Below, in pieces: positions 1-8,607 of a stretch of 64,000 nt of DNA. The translations under genes and the position numbers were made by a program. Source of the stretch: an uncultured Sangeribacter sp. Lineage in GTDB: Bacteria; Bacteroidota; Bacteroidia; Bacteroidales; Muribaculaceae. How positions within the stretch are numbered: the stretch's first letter is position 1; the number at the start of each line of letters is the position of its first letter. The stretch spans positions 29,400-93,399 of the forward strand of contig CAZOPN010000002.1 in NCBI GenBank assembly GCA_964581685.1. Reading direction: 5' to 3'. The notes under the pieces were generated by a model. The model was not told the DNA's origin, ran no database searches, and worked only from the letters and a program-made list of their open reading frames with translations.

Positions 1-194
1 TTGAAGAGTTCATTGAATTCTCCGCCATCGGTAATTGAATTTCCAAGAAAGACAATGTCGTTGCTTTCAATAGGTAGCAGATTGAAAAGAGAAACCTTGC
101 GATCCCAATATTCATCGGCAATAGCTGAAAGAGTAGGGAGACAAATAAACAGAAGGCTAAGGCATATAGCGCTGATAAATCTATATCGTATCAT
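1..194 (-). CDS. SGNH/GDSL-family hydrolase, N-terminal 64 codons (gene runs off the left edge)
   Basis: Minus-strand ATG at 194-192. Hand translation MIRYRFISAICLSLLFICLPTLSAIADEYWDRKVSLFNLLPIESNDIVFLGNSITDGGEFNELF gives a signal peptide followed by the block-I FLGNSITDG motif of SGNH hydrolases. Absent from the ORF track because it is truncated. Confidence 0.55.
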   Translation of the reverse strand, partial: MIRYRFISAICLSLLFICLPTLSAIADEYWDRKVSLFNLLPIESNDIVFLGNSITDGGEFNELF

Positions 195-304
195 TAGATG
201 AGAATAAAATTAAGTATGTGTTGAAAATTAAGACATATAAAAGAACGAGTCTTATTGTTTAAGATTTTTGAAACCTTTAAAAATGATTAATTCTCAATTC
301 TTAC

Positions 305-1156
305 TTATGAATAATAACTTGTTAGACGTTCAATGGGGCTATCGGTAAGGATCTCAATCTGAAAACCGAGGGAATGGGCTGTTTCCTGTAGTATATCGCT
401 AAAGTTTACAGCTATCGAACCACAGAAACCAACAGTATGCTTCCTTGCATCGGGATATGCATCAATGTTCCGCTCAAAAAATCTTTTAAATTCTTCAATA
501 ACCATCAATCTGATTTCATTATTATAGCTATGTTCAGCCATGAAAGGAGCAAAACGTGCGAGCCATCGTGAGGGGGCCGGTTGGCGGTAAACGGCCTCAA
601 TGGTTGTGTTAAGACTCAGATTGTATTGGGATGACAAGCGGTCGGATAGTTCCGGAGACAATTGACGTTTGAAATAATCGGCAATCAATCGCTTTCCAAG
701 AGCGGCACCGCTCCCTTCATCACCAAGAATAAAACCGAGGGGGGGGACATTATCAATTATTTTTGAACCATCGTAAAGAGCTGAATTAGATCCTGTGCCG
801 AGTATACATGCGATTCCCGGCTTATCTCCAAGAATTGCTTTGGCTGCTCCCTCCATATCGGAGGCTATATATGTTTCCGCCTTTGGAAAATTAGAAAGAA
901 ACTCTTTATCGATTCTTTCACGTATTTCAGGCGTAGCACAGCCCGCACCATAATAATATATCATGTCGGGGAGTGCGGTTTCCGAACAAAAGTCTTCAAT
1001 ATCCGAGAATCTTTTTTTGATCTCTTCATCAGATGCAGAAGCCGGATTGAGGCCGGGAGTTCGAAAATTAAGAATATTTCTATGGCCTTCAGAAGAAAAT
1101 ATAAGGGCCCAGTCAATTTTAGTTGATCCGGCGTCGGCAATCAGAATGGTTTTCAT
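305..1156 (-). CDS. BadF/BadG/BcrA/BcrD-type ATPase, N-acetylglucosamine-kinase-like
   Basis: 283-aa ORF with ILIADAGSTKIDWAL, ILGTGSNS and LGDEGSGAALG motifs of ASKHA-fold sugar kinases. Confidence 0.7.
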   Translation of the reverse strand: MKTILIADAGSTKIDWALIFSSEGHRNILNFRTPGLNPASASDEEIKKRFSDIEDFCSETALPDMIYYYGAGCATPEIRERIDKEFLSNFPKAETYIASDMEGAAKAILGDKPGIACILGTGSNSALYDGSKIIDNVPPLGFILGDEGSGAALGKRLIADYFKRQLSPELSDRLSSQYNLSLNTTIEAVYRQPAPSRWLARFAPFMAEHSYNNEIRLMVIEEFKRFFERNIDAYPDARKHTVGFCGSIAVNFSDILQETAHSLGFQIEILTDSPIERLTSYYS

Positions 1157-1201
1157 AAAGGAAGAAGAATAGGAGAAAAGCAGGGGTTAATTTATATATA
1201 A

Positions 1202-1239
1202 AGAGACCGTGTCAAAATTTTTATTTTGACACGGTCTCT
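1202..1239 (-). terminator. Hairpin terminator downstream of the LRR gene
   Basis: Perfect 16-bp arms AGAGACCGTGTCAAAA / TTTTGACACGGTCTCT around a 6-nt T-rich loop, with A/T-rich flanks. Confidence 0.6.
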
Positions 1240-1302
1240 TTTAAGTTCTATTCATTTCAAGTGGAAATTATGCTAACTCCACAAATTAGAATATAAGTCG
1301 TA

Positions 1303-2367
1303 TTAGAAATCAAACTCGTTGTCACCTACAATGTGGCGGAGCTGAGTATCACCCTGAGTAATGATTGCATTCAGCATGTCGTTGTTAGTAACATTGACGA
1401 AGCGAAGAATCGGGTCAAAGGAGATATTGAGTGTTACGAGCTGGTTATTAGCCACGTTGAGACGCTGCAGGAAGTTGAAGTTCGAGAGATTGAGATAAGT
1501 GAGGTCATTCCACTGAAGATCAACAAATGCGAGTGTAGGAGCGTCAGTTACCTTGAAAGTAGTAAGGTCGTTATAGGGAGCCCAGATCTCATTGATGTTT
1601 GAGCAACCGTTGATGGCGAATTCAGCCATGTGGTTATCGCTGCAGAGCACAGTCTGAAGAGAGGGAAGACCCTGAACGTAAAGTTTGAGAATCTTGTTGT
1701 TGTTGAGGTTGAGGTTCTCAAGTTTAACGAGACCACCGAGCTCGATACCGGTAAGTTCATTGAAGGCAGCGTAGATGTTTTTGAGGTTAGCGCAACCGGT
1801 CACCATAAGAGTCTCAAGAGAATTGCTCATACAGTTGAGAGTCTCAAGATTGGGAGCGTTGGTAACGTCAAGACCGCGGAGAACGTTGCCGGCAATGTTA
1901 AGTTTCTTGATTGAAGGAACAGCACCGAAATTGAATTCAGCAAGACGGTTCTTGTTAAGACGAACGGTTTCAAGAACCGGACAGCCTGAGATAGCTACAG
2001 AAGCGAGGCTGTTTTTGCTTGCGTTGAGCTCAACGAGAGAGCTGTTACCGGCGAGAACGAGACCTGTAAGTCTGTTACCGCTTACGTCTACTTTCTTAAG
2101 AGCTGTGAAGCCGGAGAGATCGAGTGTTCCGGAGAGATCTTTATCTTTCCAATCGATTTCGGTAACCTGACCGTTTTCAACTTTAATACCGGCAACAGCA
2201 GCGGGATTATTGCCGGTCATGCCGAGTGCAGCGGCATTAGCGCCTCCCTTGGCAGCAGTCTGCGAAAGGAAAGTAAGAAGCGATTTTGCCTCTTTCTTAT
2301 TAAGGCTTTGGGCCCAACCACAAGAGATGGTCATGAGAGCCGCGAGAAATAATACAGTTCTTTTCAT
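1303..2367 (-). CDS. Secreted leucine-rich-repeat protein (BspA-like)
   Basis: 354 aa. Signal peptide MKRTVLFLAALMTISCGWAQ, then about a dozen tandem ~22-aa LxxLxLxxNxL repeats (LETLNCMSNSLETLMV, LKNIYAAFNELTGIEL, LENLNLNNNKILKLYV and others). Confidence 0.75.
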   Translation of the reverse strand: MKRTVLFLAALMTISCGWAQSLNKKEAKSLLTFLSQTAAKGGANAAALGMTGNNPAAVAGIKVENGQVTEIDWKDKDLSGTLDLSGFTALKKVDVSGNRLTGLVLAGNSSLVELNASKNSLASVAISGCPVLETVRLNKNRLAEFNFGAVPSIKKLNIAGNVLRGLDVTNAPNLETLNCMSNSLETLMVTGCANLKNIYAAFNELTGIELGGLVKLENLNLNNNKILKLYVQGLPSLQTVLCSDNHMAEFAINGCSNINEIWAPYNDLTTFKVTDAPTLAFVDLQWNDLTYLNLSNFNFLQRLNVANNQLVTLNISFDPILRFVNVTNNDMLNAIITQGDTQLRHIVGDNEFDF

Positions 2368-2723
2368 AACATTAATGTTTAATTGTAACCTTTATACATT
2401 TTTTTATTAATTTCAGCTTGTTAAATCCGTTGTATGCCACAATTGTATTCCGTATTATGGAAGTTGATATACCTGAATCGGATTTTACCTATATAACAAA
2501 TGCGATTGCAGATGGTTTAACAAATCAAGAGAAATATTAAATAATCTTCAATCCTGTCTGCAAAGATAAGGAAAATGAATGAAATATTCAAGGTCGGAAT
2601 GTTAAAAATCGTACTGTTTTTCTAACATTATGCTAAACAACATCTCTTTTAAGATTGTTATACTATCAGATTCTATGAATCAGGGTATTTATTTTTATAA
2701 ATTATTTAGATTAACGTTTTGAA

Positions 2724-2951
2724 ATGAGTCTTATTACGATTTCCATACTAAAGATCATACTCGTAGTGGTAATTATTGGCGCTATGACTCTTATTCTTTT
2801 GGGAATCAGTCATCTGTTTTCGGGGAGTTTTAATAGTGACGAATATGAGGCGGCTAAAATGCGTAAGGATCTTTTGGATAAGGAAGACGTCGTGACGCGG
2901 CGGGGTATATTCGGACAGTTGCTATTTCCCGATAATAAACATCGTAAATAA
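2724..2951 (+). CDS. Hypothetical small membrane protein
   Basis: 75-aa ORF with one clear TM helix (ILKIILVVVIIGAMTLILLGI) and a charged tail. Its stop codon directly abuts MITE copy 1, and a plus-strand terminator follows at 3157. No homology recognised. Confidence 0.3.
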   Translation: MSLITISILKIILVVVIIGAMTLILLGISHLFSGSFNSDEYEAAKMRKDLLDKEDVVTRRGIFGQLLFPDNKHRK

Positions 2952-3138
2952 TAAGTAAGTATTCAAAATTAAACGATAGTAAGCAATAATGTTATCTTAT
3001 ATACTCTCTGCCTTTTCTTTTTGGCCAATTTCTTGTTGTCACTCAGTCAAATATGAATATATTTTCCTTCATTCCGCAAAGAAATTATCACAAAAATAAA
3101 GTGGCATATAGTATAAATTAATTTCGAACACTTACTTA
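2952..3138 (+). mobile_element. MITE-like element, copy 1 (187 bp including flanking TA dinucleotides)
   Basis: Near-identical to 8384-8570 and, inverted, to 60121-60307. Imperfect terminal inverted repeats AGTAAGTATTCAAAATTAA / TTAATTTCGAACACTTACT, bracketed by TA...TA. No ORF. Confidence 0.8.
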
Positions 3139-3156
3139 CTTTACATAAGAAATATT

Positions 3157-3198
3157 ACCGGCAGTGATATGGAAAACCATATAAACTGCCGGTTTTTT
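3157..3198 (+). terminator. Rho-independent terminator (plus strand)
   Basis: ACCGGCAGT ... ACTGCCGGT stem with an inner ATATGG/CCATAT extension, followed by TTTTTT. Confidence 0.6.
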
Positions 3199-3225
3199 AT
3201 GAGCCGGGGCCTAAAGTCTGAGAAA

Positions 3226-4107
3226 TCAGTTTCCCGTTATTGCATCCGGAAAGATCGGCATAGCGCCCTTCTGACTACAAACAAATGCCGAAGTCTCAAC
3301 CGCTTTTTTATGTGCCTCCACAACCGAGGCTCCTTTCAGGATACTTGCTATAAAAGCAGCCGTGAAAGAATCGCCGGCTCCTACGGTATCTGCAACCTTA
3401 ACTTGCGGAGTGGGAAGATATGAAAAGTCTTCATGTGTGAAAACGTAGCTTCCATTGATTCCACAGGTGAGAATAAGAATCTTCAAATTATATTTGTCGA
3501 GGAGTCTGCGGCATAGAGTCTTAAAATCACTTTCCTGAAAGTCGAAAAGTTGGCTTACGGTTATCAATTCTTCGTCGTTAATCTTAAGGATATTACAATT
3601 TTTCATTGATTCGTGAAGAATCTCCGGTGAATACCATTTCTGGCGCAGATTAATGTCGAAAACGATAAGAGGATCATTTTCAGCAGGAATGGATTTAAGG
3701 AAAGCATTGATTGTATTTCGGGAAATGATGTTTCTCTGGGCAAGAGAGCCAAAGCATATTGCCTTTGCGTCCTTAGCCAGTTTCCGGAGTTCGGGAGTAT
3801 CGGGAATATTATCCCAGGCGACATTTTGTTTTATTTCATATTGAGGAATTCCGGCCTTGTCCAGTTGTACGCATACGGTCCCGGTAGGGTATGGCACAAC
3901 GGCAAGATTATAGTTTACTCCATTTTTATCTAAATTCTTTATAAGTTCAGCTCCGAGTTCATCTTCACCAACAGCACTTATTGCGAGTCCGTCGAGCCCG
4001 AATTGAGAAACATGAAAGGCAAAATTAGCCGGTGCTCCACCGATTTTTTTACCGTCCGGAAGCACGTCCCATAGTGCTTCGCCTATTCCAATTACAAGAT
4101 TTTTCAT
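3226..4107 (-). CDS. PfkB-family carbohydrate kinase, fructokinase-like
   Basis: 293 aa. N-terminal GEALWDVLPDGKKIGGAPANFA and C-terminal DTVGAGDSFTAAF ribokinase/PfkB signature. Confidence 0.8.
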   Translation of the reverse strand: MKNLVIGIGEALWDVLPDGKKIGGAPANFAFHVSQFGLDGLAISAVGEDELGAELIKNLDKNGVNYNLAVVPYPTGTVCVQLDKAGIPQYEIKQNVAWDNIPDTPELRKLAKDAKAICFGSLAQRNIISRNTINAFLKSIPAENDPLIVFDINLRQKWYSPEILHESMKNCNILKINDEELITVSQLFDFQESDFKTLCRRLLDKYNLKILILTCGINGSYVFTHEDFSYLPTPQVKVADTVGAGDSFTAAFIASILKGASVVEAHKKAVETSAFVCSQKGAMPIFPDAITGN

Positions 4108-4202
4108 TCCTTATAATAATGTATTATATTTTTTTATTTCAGTTTCTTTTTTAATATTTCACGATTATATTAGAGTAAGGTCTTATTACATCAGTTAGCC
4201 GC

Positions 4203-5252
4203 CTACGTTGTATGATCCGGCGTTTTTAAACGGTGCCTCGTTAGAATCACGTAGCCTATGGTGTAGAGGCCGAGAAGGACAAGAGTGATTGTGGTGGTTG
4301 TCCAAAGCACCATCGAGAAGGCTGTTCCCTCGGTGGTTGAGATTCCGAAAAGAGAAAGTGCGAACATCACCGCAAGATTCCACGGGCCCAGGCCTCCATT
4401 GCTCGGAATGAGCATACTCATTGAACTGAATACGAAGGAAATCAGAGCCGGTAGAAGCCCCCATGCCATACCATCTTGTTCCATAAGAGCTCGCGTAAAA
4501 GGAAAAGCCAGAAATGTAATATAGGTTTCAAGATAATAACAACTCCAGATTCCAAGTGTTAGCCAGAAATAAGTCCATTTTCCTTTCATTGTGAAGAGCA
4601 CTTTGAATCCTTGCCATACTCTCGATAGCGAGCGGTTAATGCCGGCAATTGTTTTATTGTTTCTGAAATAATAAAGACAGAACGCAATGATTCCGATAGT
4701 GGCTACTATCGAAGCCCAGAGCCACCATTCAGAGAGGATGTGTATTATTTTAGCTCCGACGGCATAATGATCTATGAAAGAGAAAATATATTTATGGCCG
4801 ACAATAAGAGCAACAACCAGAAGCGAAAGAACAACCATCGCATCCGAGATTCTATCTCCGATATCTGTGCCCAGCACAGTCGAAACCGGGGCCTTCTTAC
4901 GACGCGCTATAAAAATGATTCTCCAGGCTTCCCCGAGATATGGCACGAGGAGATTTATGGAATATGCTCCGAAGATTGAACAACAGAGAGTCATTTTCGG
5001 AATGTCAGTTAGGCCTGCGGCTCTCAGCTGGATACCCCAGCGGATACCGCGTATGATATGAGAAAGCACAACGACGACCATCACAAGAAGTAGCCAAACA
5101 AAATTTGTATCTCCGTGAATGATTGACCATACATTTTTAAAATCGACCTTTTTGAAAAGCCAAATAATCAATAGGGCAGAGCAAGCGAGCGGAATTAGAA
5201 TACGAAAAATTTTTACCGCGTCTTGCCATATTTTATTATCCTTTAATGCCAT
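4203..5252 (-). CDS. Polytopic membrane protein, lysylphosphatidylglycerol-synthase-TM/UPF0104-like
   Basis: 349 aa with about 8 predicted TM helices. Family assignment is from memory of the general layout only. Confidence 0.4.
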   Translation of the reverse strand: MALKDNKIWQDAVKIFRILIPLACSALLIIWLFKKVDFKNVWSIIHGDTNFVWLLLVMVVVVLSHIIRGIRWGIQLRAAGLTDIPKMTLCCSIFGAYSINLLVPYLGEAWRIIFIARRKKAPVSTVLGTDIGDRISDAMVVLSLLVVALIVGHKYIFSFIDHYAVGAKIIHILSEWWLWASIVATIGIIAFCLYYFRNNKTIAGINRSLSRVWQGFKVLFTMKGKWTYFWLTLGIWSCYYLETYITFLAFPFTRALMEQDGMAWGLLPALISFVFSSMSMLIPSNGGLGPWNLAVMFALSLFGISTTEGTAFSMVLWTTTTITLVLLGLYTIGYVILTRHRLKTPDHTT

Positions 5253-5524
5253 AGCTATATATTATAATGGAGATGATTATTTGTAACAATTTAGTTATCA
5301 GGATTATAGTAGAAATGAAAATAGCCAATACCTAAGGCTTTTTTTTAATAAAACAAATATTTGTCCTGTGTGTTTTTTAATGAATTAAAACATTTGTATG
5401 AATTTTCGGGATATTTCTTATATAGAAAGATTCCAAATATCAGCAATAATTTAAAAAAAGAAACAAATAGTTAGAAAAAAATGTTAAATTCGCAAGTAGG
5501 GATGCTTAAAAAATCCATATAATA

Positions 5525-5532
5525 TAAGTTTG
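5525..5532 (+). promoter_or_regulatory. Candidate Bacteroidetes -7 box (TAAGTTTG) upstream of ureA
   Basis: Matches TAnnTTTG about 80 nt upstream of the ureA ATG. No properly spaced -33 TTTG was seen. Confidence 0.25.
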
Positions 5533-5612
5533 AGAATTTTGGGAAAAGCATTCCCTGAATTTAAAGCAACATAGACGAAATCTAATATCCTACATATTTA
5601 AAAAATTTTAAT

Positions 5613-5915
5613 ATGCATTTTACACCAAAAGAACAAGACAAACTGACACTCTTATGTGTCGGCATGATTGCCGAGCGTCGTCTGCAAAAGGGATTGAAAT
5701 TGAATTATCCCGAGGCAGTGGCATATATTACAAGCGCTGCACTTGAGGGTGCTCGTGAAGGCAAGACAGTAGAGGAGGTTATGCATGATGCCGCCAATGT
5801 GCTTACAAAGGATCAGGTGATGGAAGGCGTAGCCGATATGATAACGCTGCTTCAGGTTGAGGCTGTATTTACCGACGGCTCTCGTCTTGTAAGTATTCAC
5901 CATCCTATTAAGTAA
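5613..5915 (+). CDS. ureA: Urease subunit gamma
   Basis: 100 aa. [14 protein letters not shown]...[18 protein letters not shown]...VMEGVADMI...[18 protein letters not shown] is the canonical UreA sequence pattern. Confidence 0.95.
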   Translation: MHFTPKEQDKLTLLCVGMIAERRLQKGLKLNYPEAVAYITSAALEGAREGKTVEEVMHDAANVLTKDQVMEGVADMITLLQVEAVFTDGSRLVSIHHPIK

Positions 5916-5950
5916 TATTCCAGATTATCAACTATCAAAATTTAATTATT

Positions 5951-6502
5951 ATGGATAATACAAATCCGGCACCGCAGGAGACTTATGCTCAGCCCAACGG
6001 TATATTCCCGGGCAAACCGGCGATTGCCTATCCAAATACACCGGCATTTACCCCCAAGGAATACGTTCCGGTAGGAGGCGTGATTCTTGCCGACACACCT
6101 ATTGAATATAACAAGTATCGTCGTACGGTTAAAGTCACGGTTCATAATACCGGAGACCGTCCCATTCAGATAGGTTCACACTTCCATTTTTTTGAGGTGA
6201 ATCGTTACCTTGAATTTGACAGAGAGAAAGCCTTTGGCTATCATCTGAACATTCCTGCAACAACAGCAATCCGTTTCGAACCGGGTGAAGAGAAGGTTGT
6301 TGAGCTCGTTGCGTATAGCGGTAAGCGTCGTGTAATCGGCTTCGATGACCTTGTGAACGGATATACCGGTCTTGAGGATAGCCCGACGTTCTATCCCAAG
6401 CGTACGGAGGCTATTCGCCGTATGAAAGAATATGGATACAGATGTGTCAGCGAGGATGATGCAGAGGGAGAATATACAGAAAACGAAATAAACAAAGGAT
6501 AA
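5951..6502 (+). CDS. ureB: Urease subunit beta with N- and C-terminal extensions
   Basis: 183 aa. The core VTVHNTGDRPIQIGSHFHFFEVNRYLEFDREKAFGYHLNIPATTAIRFEPGEEKVVELV is canonical UreB. It is flanked by about 45 extra N-terminal and about 45 extra C-terminal residues. Confidence 0.9.
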   Translation: MDNTNPAPQETYAQPNGIFPGKPAIAYPNTPAFTPKEYVPVGGVILADTPIEYNKYRRTVKVTVHNTGDRPIQIGSHFHFFEVNRYLEFDREKAFGYHLNIPATTAIRFEPGEEKVVELVAYSGKRRVIGFDDLVNGYTGLEDSPTFYPKRTEAIRRMKEYGYRCVSEDDAEGEYTENEINKG

Positions 6503-6508
6503 ACCGCG

Positions 6509-8227
6509 ATGGCTATTATATCAAGACAAGAAAACAATATGTTGTTCGGCCCGACGGTGGGCGATAAAATAAGACTCGGCAATACCGATCTCTATGTCGA
6601 GATAGAAAAAGACCTTCGTGTATATGGCGATGAGACCGTTTATGGTGGTGGCAAGACATTGCGCGATGGCATGGGTTTGGCAAACGAATGTACTTCAAAT
6701 CAGGGGAGTCTTGATCTTGTAATTACCAATGTCACTATTCTTGATCCTATTTTAGGTGTTGTGAAAGCAGACGTTGGTATCAAGGATGGTAAGATTGCCG
6801 GAATCGGAAAAGCCGGTAACCCTAACGTAATGGAGGGTGTGACCCCTGAATTGGTGACCGGCCCTTCGACTGACGCAATTTCAGGAGAGCACATGATCCT
6901 TACCGCAGCCGGAATTGACGGTCATGTTCACATGGTGGCTCCTCAGCAGGCTTACGAATGTCTTTCTAACGGTATTACCACTCTTATCGGTGGTGGTGTA
7001 GGTCCGACAGATGGATCAAACGGAACGACAATTACAGCCGGCCCGTGGAATCTGGAACGTATACTTCAGTCGTTTGATGCTCTTCCAATCAATATCGGTC
7101 TCTTAGCCAAAGGTAACTGTTCGGTTGCTCAGTCGCTTCATGATCAACTTGAAGCCGGAGCTTGCGGTCTGAAAATCCATGAGGATTGGGGTACGACTCC
7201 CGCGGCTCTGCGTTCAGCTATGGCGGCTGCCGATCGTTATGATGTTCAGGTTGCTCTTCATGCCGATACTCTTAATGAGAGTGGATATGTAGAAGATACG
7301 ATTGCGGCTATTGATGGTCGTACCATCCATTCATACCATACAGAGGGTGCTGGTGGAGGCCACGCTCCCGACCTTCTGAAAGTCGCTTCGCTTGCCAACG
7401 TACTTCCTTCTTCCACCAATCCGACTCTTCCTTTCGGTATTAACTCTCAGGCAGAGTTGTTCGATATGATTATGGTATGCCATAACCTTAATCCGAACAT
7501 CCCTTCAGACGTTGCATTTGCAGAGAGCCGTGTTCGTCCTGAAACGCAGGCTGCGGAAAACGTATTCCATGACCTCGGTATCATCTCAATGGTATCTTCC
7601 GACTCACAGGCTATGGGTCGTGTTGGCGAGTCGTTCATGCGTACATTCCAGATGGCGTCTTATATGAAGCAAGTTCGCGGCAAATTGCCTGAAGATTCTG
7701 ATTCTAACGACAACTTCCGTGTGCTTCGTTATCTTGCTCAGATCACGTTGAATCCCGCAATATGTTATGGTATCTCTGACGTGCTCGGTTCAATTGCGAA
7801 AGGGAAAATGGCAGACCTCGTTCTTTGGGAGCCTGCATTCTTCGGAACCAAACCGCAATTGGTGATCAAGGGTGGACTTATCAACTGGGCTAATATGGGA
7901 GATCCTAACGCATCTCTCACCACTCCTCAGCCTAAGATCATGCGTCCGATGTATGGTGCATTTGGTGGTGCGCTTCCTAACTCAAGGATTTCGTTTGTGA
8001 GCCGTGCTTCGTATGATCTCGGAATAAAGGAGAAATATGGCCTGAAGAGTATCGTATATCCTGTTCATGGCGTACGTCAGCTCACGAAGGCAGACATGGT
8101 AAGAAATTCAGCAACTCCTTATATCGAAGTTAATCCTGAAACATTCGAGGTTACGGTGGATGGCTATCTTGCTTCCGTACCCCCTGCAAAGGAGCTTTCT
8201 CTTGGACAGCTTTACTGGTTTAGCTAA
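6509..8227 (+). CDS. ureC: Urease subunit alpha
   Basis: 572 aa. MFGPTVGDKIRLGNTDL, GIDGHVHM, GLKIHEDWGTTPA, HTEGAGGGHAPD and MVCHNLN nickel-site and flap motifs. Confidence 0.97.
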   Translation: MAIISRQENNMLFGPTVGDKIRLGNTDLYVEIEKDLRVYGDETVYGGGKTLRDGMGLANECTSNQGSLDLVITNVTILDPILGVVKADVGIKDGKIAGIGKAGNPNVMEGVTPELVTGPSTDAISGEHMILTAAGIDGHVHMVAPQQAYECLSNGITTLIGGGVGPTDGSNGTTITAGPWNLERILQSFDALPINIGLLAKGNCSVAQSLHDQLEAGACGLKIHEDWGTTPAALRSAMAAADRYDVQVALHADTLNESGYVEDTIAAIDGRTIHSYHTEGAGGGHAPDLLKVASLANVLPSSTNPTLPFGINSQAELFDMIMVCHNLNPNIPSDVAFAESRVRPETQAAENVFHDLGIISMVSSDSQAMGRVGESFMRTFQMASYMKQVRGKLPEDSDSNDNFRVLRYLAQITLNPAICYGISDVLGSIAKGKMADLVLWEPAFFGTKPQLVIKGGLINWANMGDPNASLTTPQPKIMRPMYGAFGGALPNSRISFVSRASYDLGIKEKYGLKSIVYPVHGVRQLTKADMVRNSATPYIEVNPETFEVTVDGYLASVPPAKELSLGQLYWFS

Positions 8228-8247
8228 GAGCTCTTACTGTAATTACA

Positions 8248-8277
8248 AGAGGCGGACCCGGTCCGGGATCCGCCTCT
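8248..8277 (+). terminator. GC-rich hairpin immediately downstream of ureC (intra-operon terminator or attenuator candidate)
   Basis: AGAGGCGGA ... TCCGCCTCT outer stem with an inner CCC/GGG extension, followed by CTTTGTATTT. Confidence 0.5.
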
Positions 8278-8383
8278 CTTTGTATTTAAGTAACTATTGA
8301 AGTAATGTATTTATAAAAGCCGGATTTTTCTCAAAAATGAATTCCTTTTATATTTTTAATTTTCAATATTTACTGAGATATTA

Positions 8384-8570
8384 TAAGTAAGTATTCAAAA
8401 TTAAACGATAGTAAGCCATAATGTTATCTTTTATACTCTCTGCCTTTTCTTTTTGGCCAATTTCTTATTGTCACTCAGTCAAATATGAATATATTTTCCT
8501 TCGTTCCGCAAAGAAATTATCTCAAAAATAAAGTGGCATATAATATAAATTAATTTCGAACACTTACTCA
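8384..8570 (+). mobile_element. MITE-like element, copy 2, between ureC and ureE
   Basis: 7 mismatches to copy 1 and 4 to copy 3 by hand alignment, with no indels. Flanked by TA...CA. Confidence 0.8.
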
Positions 8571-8607
8571 TGAGTTAAACTTTTAAATGAGTTCATAGAT
8601 TAGTAAA

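Noticed and set aside
1-201. Plus-strand 66-aa ORF at the window start.
   Set aside because: The opposite strand encodes a convincing signal peptide plus the SGNH block-I motif (FLGNSITDG). The plus-strand product has no recognisable features.
8343-8376. A stretch of about 35 nt (TTCCTTTTATATTTTTAATTTTCAATATTTACT) resembling 19846-19882 (TTCCTTTTATTTATTTTTAATTTTCAACTTTCACT).
   Set aside because: Both are very AT-rich intergenic stretches. Similarity of this length in low-complexity DNA may be chance, and I found only two copies. It is worth a genome-wide word search but is not supported as a repeat family.
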